Shown: positions 56,559 through 64,000 of the stretch, piece after piece
Layout of the letters: the number at the start of each line of letters is the position of its first letter
How positions within the stretch are numbered: position 1 is the first letter of the stretch
Assembly (NCBI GenBank): GCA_041690135.1
Contig: JAWLHY010000004.1
Location: forward strand, 1-64,000
Length of the DNA: 64,000 bases
Reading direction: 5' to 3'
Source of the DNA: Armatimonadota bacterium
Lineage (GTDB): Bacteria > Armatimonadota > SYMT01
Position numbers and translations under genes: made by a program
The notes under the pieces: generated by a model
The model's input: only the letters and a program-made list of their open reading frames with translations
Database searches by the model: none
What the model was told of the DNA's origin: nothing

Positions 56559-57920
56559 ATGAGTTTTCGATTGGTGGATTTGAAGAAGACGGTACGCAAG
56601 GGGAAGGACGGCTACCAGGTAACTCCCGCGCGCCTGGAAGGGCGCCAGGAGCAGTACCGGATTGAGTTCCTGCTGGGGCAGTTCGAGCAACACCTGGGAC
56701 AGCCCCGGAAGAACCTGGACCCCGCGGTCTTGCTGGATTTCGTGGGAGACGCTCGGATCGGGCGGGGTCTCCTGGCCACCCTTTCGCAGTGGTACCGCAT
56801 GCGGCCGCGCACGTTCACGGAAGTCCTCACAGCACCAGGGCCGGAGAAAAGGGCACGGGGTCGCGGAGATATAGCGGGCGATAAGAGCAGCGATGAACGT
56901 CTTCGACACCTGGCGGAGCTGGGCATAGAGGGACCCGCCGACCTGCGGGCCTGGTTGTATGCCGCCGTGAACCGGGGAGGCGGCGGGTTTCTGGCCCCGG
57001 CCGACGAAACACTCTTTTGGAAGATCCAGGCCCGCGCGCTGGGAATCGGCCGGGAAGAGTTGGAGCTGATGATGCTTCTCGATCGTACCGAAGAAGCGGT
57101 CCTGGTGCGCACCGGTCCGCGCCCCACGGCGGCGGATGTGATCGCGGCCTATAACGCCCGCGCCCACACAACTCTACTCCGCTCCTGCGCGGAACTCACC
57201 CTCCGGTGCGATGGCCGGCGCGAAGCCCTCGCAACGGCCCTGGAGAGTTGGGCCGCTCCGCTGGGTGTAGAGGGGCGGGTGGATGGCTCCTGCGTCACGC
57301 TCCTTGGCCAGGCGGACGTCCTGGGCTGCTGGACGCGTCACGGTCGCAAGCTGGAACGAGTGGCTCTCGAACTCCTGGGCCTACCGGAGCTCCAGGTGCG
57401 AGAGGCGCGTGGTCTCCTGGGTATCGGAGAACGGGAGTGCGGCTTCGCCTGGAAAGGAGAGACCCTCGCCCTCCTGACCGCCGGAAGCGAATGTCCGCTC
57501 CGCCATGAGCCGCTGGAAAGGATCGAGGCGCTTGCGACCGGCCTCCGGCGTCTGCGAACGGAAACGGATGGAGGCATTTCCTGGGGCGTACGGCGGCCGG
57601 GTCAGCTCCTCGGCGTAGCCGGCGGCGCCTGCCTTCCCCATCTGGAGCTCCGCTACAACGATCTCGCCCTCTACCTCCGGTTGACAGAGGCTGGAGAGGG
57701 TGCGCAGTGGCCTCGGACCTTCGCCGGCAAGACCCCGATCGGATTGATCGAGGGAAAGTCGGGAGACACCGCCACGCGCGTCCACCTCGCCGGGGCCGAG
57801 CCGCGATCATGCGAACTGGGGGACCTGGGAGCTCTCCTTCGCGAACATTGCTCACGGCTGGCCCCTGAACTCTACCCACAGCCCCGCGCGACCGGCCGGC
57901 AACTCCCGCAAGCCGCGTGA
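56559..57920 (+). CDS. DUF790/Bax1-like partner of the XPB helicase
   Basis: Directly downstream of the XPB-like gene; VIAAYN...TLLR and GRKL segments resemble DUF790. Confidence 0.55.
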   Translation: MSFRLVDLKKTVRKGKDGYQVTPARLEGRQEQYRIEFLLGQFEQHLGQPRKNLDPAVLLDFVGDARIGRGLLATLSQWYRMRPRTFTEVLTAPGPEKRARGRGDIAGDKSSDERLRHLAELGIEGPADLRAWLYAAVNRGGGGFLAPADETLFWKIQARALGIGREELELMMLLDRTEEAVLVRTGPRPTAADVIAAYNARAHTTLLRSCAELTLRCDGRREALATALESWAAPLGVEGRVDGSCVTLLGQADVLGCWTRHGRKLERVALELLGLPELQVREARGLLGIGERECGFAWKGETLALLTAGSECPLRHEPLERIEALATGLRRLRTETDGGISWGVRRPGQLLGVAGGACLPHLELRYNDLALYLRLTEAGEGAQWPRTFAGKTPIGLIEGKSGDTATRVHLAGAEPRSCELGDLGALLREHCSRLAPELYPQPRATGRQLPQAA

Positions 57921-57940
57921 GTTTTCGGTTTCTCTTCCCG

Positions 57941-58410
57941 GGGGCGGGCGAGTCGCCCGCCCCACTGGACGGCTACCGGTTTGCAGTCCGGGTACCAGGA
58001 CATGATCCTGGTCGGGGACAGCCCTAACTCCGCCGGGTGTACGCCCCGACCCTACAGAACGGCTACCGGCTCCCAATCCGAGTGCGAAGGCAAGAGACAC
58101 ATCCGCCGGCGGGCGAGACGCCCGCCCCACACCCGCCATCTTTCGTCATCGCAATCGCAATCCTGAGCGAACTCTGGCGGGCGAGACGCCCGCCCCACTT
58201 TCCGCTCCCCAAGCTCCCGCTCCTACACCGCCTGTTCACCACCCCCTACCTTCTGCCCCCCTGCCCCCTACCTTCTGCCCCCCTGCCCCCTACCTTCTGC
58301 CCCCCTGCCCCCTGCCTTCTGCCTTCTGCCTTCTGCCTTCTGCCTTCTGCCCCATGCCCACCCTCGTGATCGTGATCGGATTCTGGCGGGCGGGACGCCC
58401 GCGCTCCTCC
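57941..58410. repeat. REP-like palindromes plus heptamer tandem repeat
   Basis: GGCGGGCGAGACGCCCGC-type palindromes at ~57943, 58108, 58176, 58385; (CCTTCTG/CCCCCTG)n at ~58245-58355. Confidence 0.7.
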
Positions 58411-58616
58411 TACTCACCACTTACATCTGTTGAGTGTTTCCAGTCCCAAGGGAAGAGGGGGTGTCTAAGGTGAATTGCAGAGATAGTCCCGATTCCCCGC
58501 GCCGGCAATGATTGCCCCCCTGGGTGGGGCACCCTGGGGGTGGTGGGACGCGGCAGATCCGCGCGGGTCCGGGCGAATTTGGGCGGGACAGAAGCATCGG
58601 AACAAGGAGTGTGGAG

Positions 58617-60725
58617 ATGGCCGAAGCCCATCCCCCAATCGTGGCCCTGGTACGACTCGCCGTTGAGCACGTAGCCGCAGACCCGGTTGACGAGCAGCGT
58701 TACCTCGAGCTGAATTTTGCCGTTGATCGGGCCGTCGAGCAGAACCTGCGCTACCGTGAACTGCTCCAGGTATTCGAAACCGGTGCGGAATCGGCGCCTC
58801 CCGATGCGGCCTGGGCCTGGCGGCTCGCGGCCGGCCTCAGCGCCAACCTCATGGGCGACACCCAGGCCGCCGTCCGGCTCCTGGAGGAAGGCCGTTTCGG
58901 CCTGGAAATGGTGGGGAAGGACCACACCGCCATTGCATCCTTCCTGCTGGGGGAACTCGCTCGCGCCTGTTACCATCAAGCCGACCATCGCGCCGGAGTG
59001 GAGGCCGCCACGCAGGCTCTCCAGATCGCGCGGGCCGTCAACTCCCCGCTCGCGGAGGCCTACGCCCACCATTACCTCGGCCTCATCAGTATCCGACGCC
59101 GCGACTTCGCCTATGCCCGCCGGCACGTCACGCGGGCACGCGACCTTTTCGAGCGGATGAACCAGCGCCTCGGCCGGGCGCGGGTGCTGGATTCCCTTGC
59201 TTCCCTCGAAATGGAAGAGGGCCGCAACGATACGGCGCAGGCCATGCTGGAGGAGTGCCTGGCGGTTAAGGAGGAACTGCACGATCTGCGGGGCCAGGCG
59301 CTCACGTGCGGGAACCTGGCGCGGCTCTACGCCGTGCTGGGCGATTATCCACTGGCGATGCACTACCTGGATCGCGAGCAGGCACTCACGACCCGGGTAG
59401 GCGACGAGCGCAACGCCAATCTGGTCAGGATCCAGCTAGGCGAGCTCCATCTCCGGCACGGCGAGCCCGACCTGGCGTGCCAGGAGTTGACGGCCGCCCG
59501 CGACCTGGCCCGGCAGCGCCAGGACCTCCGCGCCGAAGCGCACGCCTGCTTCGCTCTCGCCCAGGTGGAACATCAACTCGGACGCCGCCAGGAGGCTTTG
59601 CAAGCGGTCGAACGCGCTTGCGAGTACTTTTCCGACAGCGAGGATGACGTGATGCGCGACCGGGCGTTGATCCGGCTTGCGCTCCTGCAGGGGTTCGGGC
59701 TGGACGCCCCCGACATCCACGAGCCCCTGGACCGACTGCGAGCCGCGCACGCTTCCGGTCCCCTCGCGGAGACGCTGTATGAAGTGGCTACCTGGGCGCA
59801 CGCGCGCGGGCAAACCGGAGAAGCGACCGCCCTCTACACCGAAGCGCTCGACGTAGCGGATCCGCCGCTGGCCGCGCAGCTGGCCGCCGCTATGCGGCAG
59901 CGGGCGGAGAGCGGAGAGAGCCGAGCCTGGGTGGACGCGATGCTGACTGTGCAGGATCAAAAGGATCGGTTGGAACAGGCCTATGCCGAGCTGCGCCGTG
60001 CCGAGAGCCTGCGCGAATCCCTCACTCAGATGATCGTCCACGATCTCAAGAACCCCCTCACCGCCATTACCCCGTGGCTCGAAACCATCCAGATGGGGGG
60101 CCTCACCCAGGATGAAAGTTCCGAGTATCTGCAAACGGTCATCGATGAGTGCGGCTATTTGCTTCGGATGATCGAGGACTTGAACGACGTTGGAAAGATG
60201 CAGTACGAAGGCCGCATCGATCTCGTGTGCGAACCGCTGGACCTGCCGCCGTTGTTGCGCGAAGTCGGCGAGCGGCTGCAGGGCCGCGCCCGTGACAACG
60301 GCATGCGCGTGAGGGTGGCCGAGTTGCCGGCGTTACCCAACGTCTCCGGTGATCGGAACAAACTCCGCCGGGTGCTGGAGAACCTGGTGGCCAACGCGAT
60401 CAAGTACGGACGGCCCCCGGAAGAGAGCGGCCGGCCCCCGGAAGTGGTACTGGCGTCTGCCCTAGAACCGGCCCACCCGGAAGGCGAAGGTCCATCGGTG
60501 AGGGTAGAAGTCCGCGATTTCGGCGAGGGGATTCCCCTCCTGGAGGCGGAGCGTGTCTTCGAGCCCTACTACCAGGCCGAGGCCGGCCGGCGGCGGAAGG
60601 CCGGAGTCGGCCTCGGGCTTGCGTTCTGCCGCATGGTGGTGGAAGCCCATGGCGGGACAATCTGGACCGAGCCGAATCCAGGAGGCGGCACCGTTTTCGC
60701 GTTCCGGCTGCCCGTGGCACTCTAG
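58617..60725 (+). CDS. TPR-repeat cytoplasmic histidine kinase
   Basis: TPR-like helices, HDLKNPL, NAIKY, DFGEGI, GVGLGL. Confidence 0.9.
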   Translation: MAEAHPPIVALVRLAVEHVAADPVDEQRYLELNFAVDRAVEQNLRYRELLQVFETGAESAPPDAAWAWRLAAGLSANLMGDTQAAVRLLEEGRFGLEMVGKDHTAIASFLLGELARACYHQADHRAGVEAATQALQIARAVNSPLAEAYAHHYLGLISIRRRDFAYARRHVTRARDLFERMNQRLGRARVLDSLASLEMEEGRNDTAQAMLEECLAVKEELHDLRGQALTCGNLARLYAVLGDYPLAMHYLDREQALTTRVGDERNANLVRIQLGELHLRHGEPDLACQELTAARDLARQRQDLRAEAHACFALAQVEHQLGRRQEALQAVERACEYFSDSEDDVMRDRALIRLALLQGFGLDAPDIHEPLDRLRAAHASGPLAETLYEVATWAHARGQTGEATALYTEALDVADPPLAAQLAAAMRQRAESGESRAWVDAMLTVQDQKDRLEQAYAELRRAESLRESLTQMIVHDLKNPLTAITPWLETIQMGGLTQDESSEYLQTVIDECGYLLRMIEDLNDVGKMQYEGRIDLVCEPLDLPPLLREVGERLQGRARDNGMRVRVAELPALPNVSGDRNKLRRVLENLVANAIKYGRPPEESGRPPEVVLASALEPAHPEGEGPSVRVEVRDFGEGIPLLEAERVFEPYYQAEAGRRRKAGVGLGLAFCRMVVEAHGGTIWTEPNPGGGTVFAFRLPVAL

Positions 60726-61002
60726 ATTTTCTTTCGAAATCAATCCACACCACGTTATTTGGCACCATTCTTGCTACGACCAAAGGTTGATAAGCGACCG
60801 TGCATCGACCGATGGAATGCTTGGTGCCCGAACGGTGGAGAAAGTCAGATCTATCTCGGTAGCTCTGTAGGAATCTGTTGCGGCATGCAGCGAACTGGGT
60901 GAGCAAGCGTCTGCAGGTAGGAATGCAGGCGAACACCAGGAGCGGTCGACGGCACACCCCGATACACCCGCCTTCGGGGGCCGCCAAAGAAAGGAACGCT
61001 CA

Positions 61003-63180
61003 ATGCCGAAACGGTACCTGTGGCTCGGGGGCCTGATGGTGGGCCTGACCGGGCTTGCGGGTGCGAGCCAACCCAGCATGCCGGGCCTGCAGAACTTCGC
61101 GGAATGGAAGGCGCTTCCACCTGCGGCCCTGGAAAAACTCGCCCCCAATCTACGGACTCATCCGGTGTCCTCCCCGCAGGACGAGTCCCGCTCGTATATC
61201 GTCCAGTTCCAGAGGGAGGCAGATCGCCCGGCCATCCTTCGCGGTGCGGGCGTCACAACGGTCCGAAACTACGCCCACCTCCCCATGGCCGCCGTCGAGG
61301 CGGACGACCGCGGGCTGCGACACCTCGCTTTGAACGCCGGTGTCAGGCGCATCAGCCTCGACGCAACGGTCAAGCGATCGATGGACACGGCCATTCCCAC
61401 CGTCGGCGCCGACCTGGCACACCAGAAGGGCTGGGACGGGCAGGGGGTCGGAATCGCGGTCATCGACAGCGGTATCGCGCGTCATTCGGACCTCGGGCAG
61501 GATGGCGTCCTCCTCGGCCGGTTGCGACAACGGTCGGTCGCCGGTTACGACTTCATCCAGAACTGCGCTGACCGCAACGGTAACGACGCCTGCGGACACG
61601 GAACGATGATCGCGGGCATCGCGGCCGGAAACGCCACCGCCAGCACGAACTTTTGGAGCCCACTGCTCAAGAACACCAAGAGCTTCTATGGAGTGGCGCC
61701 GCAGGCGAACATCCTGAACCTGCGCATCCTCGACCGGCATGGAGTCGGCACCGTACATAACGCCATTGCTGCCATCGACTGGTGCATACAGAACCGCAGC
61801 ACTTACAACATCCGGGTGATGAACCTGTCGCTCGGCCACCCGCCCTACGAGAGCTACCGCACGGACCCCCTCTGCCAGGCGGTGGAAGCCGCATGGAAGG
61901 CCGGGATCGTGGTGGTCTGCGCTGCGGGCAACCGCGGGCGGGCGGTGGCGGACAGCCAGAACGGCGGCACGGCGTACGGTACGATCAACAGCCCCGGCAA
62001 CGATCCCTACGTGATCACTGTCGGTGCGCTGAACGACCAGAACACGCGCTCGCGAGACGATGACTGGATCGCCAGCTTCAGCAGCCGGGGACCTACGGTC
62101 ATCGATCACATCGTCAAGCCGGACCTGGTGGCGCCCGGAAATATGGTGATCAGCCTGCGGCATCCGGGCAGCGAGTTGGAACGGGTGGCCGGCGGCACCA
62201 ACCTGGTATCGCTCAGCTACTATTGGAACCGGAACCTGAGCTTCAACTCGCCGCAGTATTTCCACCTCTCCGGCACCAGTATGGCGGCCGCGGTGGTTAC
62301 CGGGGCCGTGGCACTCATGCTGGAGCGCGACCCCACCGCCACGCCGGACACCGTCAAAGCGCGGTTGATGATCACGGCGCGCAAGCGGTGGCGGGCCGAC
62401 GGGAAGCACCCGGACGTCTTCAGCCGGGGCTCCGGCCTGTTGAACGTACCCCTCGCTTTGCGCGCGAACTTCCACGTCACGGCCCCGGCGCTCTCGCCTT
62501 GGGCCGAGCGCGTGCCCCGGGGCATTCGCCTCCATATGGCGCTGAGCCGCACGGGGGAGACCACCTGGTGGGCCGGGTCCGGGGTTGGCGCCTCACAGGC
62601 GCTCTGGACGGACGACCCTTACTACGACTACCCGCCGCCCCCGCCGGACGACTACGCACCGCCGGGCGAGTATCCCTATCCCTACGATCCCTACATGCCG
62701 CCGCCCCCGGCGGAGCCGGACCCGACGGAGTATCCGGACTATTACCCGCCGCCGCCAGACGACTACTACCCGCCGCCGCCGGACGATTACTACCCGCCCC
62801 CGGGTGAGGAACCGCCACCGCCGGGGGACTATCCGCCGCCGCCGGCTGACGACCCCTACTACTATGAGGACCCATATATTCCGCCGCCCAGCGACGGGAC
62901 TTCCGGGGGACCAGTAGCAGAGTGGCCCGACGATCCCTACAACAACCCGGACGACGGGCAGGCGCTCTGGACGGACAACACCCTCTGGGGTGATTATGCG
63001 GGCTCAGAGCAGCAGGCCCAGTCCGTGTGGAGCAATCAGGCGGTCTGGTCCGACCAACTCGTGGTCGGTGCGGGCGGCATCGTACCGAATCACGCCATCT
63101 GGGCGGACCAGCCGGGAGTGCTCCCCGGATTCAGCATCTGGGCGGACATTTTCCGCCTCTGCATCACCGGTGACCGTTAA
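61003..63180 (+). CDS. S8 subtilisin-family serine protease with Pro/Tyr/Asp-rich linker
   Basis: Signal peptide, VIDSG, GHGT, AAGN, SGTSMA; DDYYPPPP repeats; C-terminal (I/V/L)WxD repeats. Confidence 0.92.
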   Translation: MPKRYLWLGGLMVGLTGLAGASQPSMPGLQNFAEWKALPPAALEKLAPNLRTHPVSSPQDESRSYIVQFQREADRPAILRGAGVTTVRNYAHLPMAAVEADDRGLRHLALNAGVRRISLDATVKRSMDTAIPTVGADLAHQKGWDGQGVGIAVIDSGIARHSDLGQDGVLLGRLRQRSVAGYDFIQNCADRNGNDACGHGTMIAGIAAGNATASTNFWSPLLKNTKSFYGVAPQANILNLRILDRHGVGTVHNAIAAIDWCIQNRSTYNIRVMNLSLGHPPYESYRTDPLCQAVEAAWKAGIVVVCAAGNRGRAVADSQNGGTAYGTINSPGNDPYVITVGALNDQNTRSRDDDWIASFSSRGPTVIDHIVKPDLVAPGNMVISLRHPGSELERVAGGTNLVSLSYYWNRNLSFNSPQYFHLSGTSMAAAVVTGAVALMLERDPTATPDTVKARLMITARKRWRADGKHPDVFSRGSGLLNVPLALRANFHVTAPALSPWAERVPRGIRLHMALSRTGETTWWAGSGVGASQALWTDDPYYDYPPPPPDDYAPPGEYPYPYDPYMPPPPAEPDPTEYPDYYPPPPDDYYPPPPDDYYPPPGEEPPPPGDYPPPPADDPYYYEDPYIPPPSDGTSGGPVAEWPDDPYNNPDDGQALWTDNTLWGDYAGSEQQAQSVWSNQAVWSDQLVVGAGGIVPNHAIWADQPGVLPGFSIWADIFRLCITGDR

Positions 63181-63352
63181 GCGGCCAGGAGAAGTGAATG
63201 AACAGAACTGAAAAGGGGTCGTTCCGAGCTGCGGCCCGTGGTGAGGTCGTCATCCGGCCTTTATCCTTTCCCCGGCCGCGGCCGAGCCAGATCCTCTGGA
63301 GTGACTGACGCGCCGGGTCCGCCGGTATCCATCCGGTGACCAAGAAAGCGAC

Positions 63353-63390
63353 AAACGGGGGCTCGTCGATGACGGGCCCCCGCTTTGTTT
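63353..63390. terminator. Intrinsic terminator
   Basis: CGGGGGCTCGTC-GAT-GACGGGCCCCCG followed by CTTTGTTT. Confidence 0.65.
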
Positions 63391-63593
63391 GGAGGTGTCT
63401 GGCGTCCGGCGCCGGCGCTACGGACGGTCCTCAACAGTCGCCGTTGGGGCCTGACCGTGTATTCCGGGGTGGGTACGGGCCTGAATCCCGGCCATGAAAG
63501 GGAGCCTCTTCAACCGAACCCCGTACCTGCCGATAATCTCCCAGAAGCCATTTCCGCAATCCCTCTCCACCGGTACACCTTCGCAGGAGAACC

Positions 63594-64000
63594 ATGCACA
63601 TTCGCCAGCGCGCCCTCCAATTCTGCCTCGCATTGGCTGTGGGGCTCGGAACGATCCCCGGCAGCCTGGCGGCTCCCTCCAACAACACGGGTAGAGCCAC
63701 GGCGCCGGCCAGGTCCGGCACCACCCGTGCCCCGAAACCAACCGTCCCCGGCAAAACTCCGCTCCGCCGCCTCGCCCGTCCGGATTCCGCTGCGTTCGGA
63801 GCGCTACCGTCCGGCCGTTCTTCCGGGATTGCCGGCCTCCTGGCCGGTAATTCGGCGGATCTGCTCGTATTCGAACGGCTCATGGAGAGACGGGTAACCA
63901 CTACCGTGCGGGGAATCCGTTTTGTGACCGGCGAACTCGCCGGGGAACCGGTCGTTGCGGCGGCATGTGCGGGTGGAAAGCTGAATGCGGCCCTGGTGAC
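63594..64000 (+). CDS. Partial: secreted MTA/SAH nucleosidase (PNP_UDP phosphorylase)-like protein
   Basis: AGGAG RBS, signal peptide, open to window end; FVTGELAGEPVVAAACAGGKLNAALV resembles the MtnN GxGKVNAA motif. Confidence 0.6.
   Translation, partial: MHIRQRALQFCLALAVGLGTIPGSLAAPSNNTGRATAPARSGTTRAPKPTVPGKTPLRRLARPDSAAFGALPSGRSSGIAGLLAGNSADLLVFERLMERRVTTTVRGIRFVTGELAGEPVVAAACAGGKLNAALV

Noticed and set aside
58245-58355. CRISPR array
   Set aside because: Contiguous heptamer repeats with no unique spacers, and no cas genes in the window.

Overview
High-GC bacterial chromosomal window, probably Armatimonadota-like (inference from the DUF1559/H-X9-DG prepilin-like gene and overall gene content). 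About 80% is ordinary housekeeping or metabolic sequence: namZ/GlcNAc kinase, tyrA-hisC, two-component genes, uppP-wecB-wecA, ychF, ispH, pepD, two sigma factors, hmgA-FAH, an XPB-like helicase with DUF790, a TPR histidine kinase and a subtilase. The exception is a minus-strand operon at about 46.7-54.9 kb. It starts with a duplicated promoter / 52-aa leader peptide (ending GPPx-stop) / terminator-antiterminator module. It then encodes a small C-terminal-Gly protein, nine CCA-less tRNAs, a divergent TROVE(Ro60)-vWA protein, an Rnl2-type RNA ligase, a methyltransferase, a Cys-motif unknown protein and a ThiF/E1-like enzyme. Interleaved are four ncRNAs that share one Y-RNA-like scaffold (terminal stem, AGC(U/A)UACA(A/C)A motif, ACU(U/C) motif) but carry different payloads. 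Three payloads are complete tRNA cloverleafs, each circularly permuted at a different junction. The fourth is a 56-nt mimic of the 23S rRNA L11-binding/GTPase-associated centre. All structures were read by eye, and family assignments come from motif recognition, not database searches.
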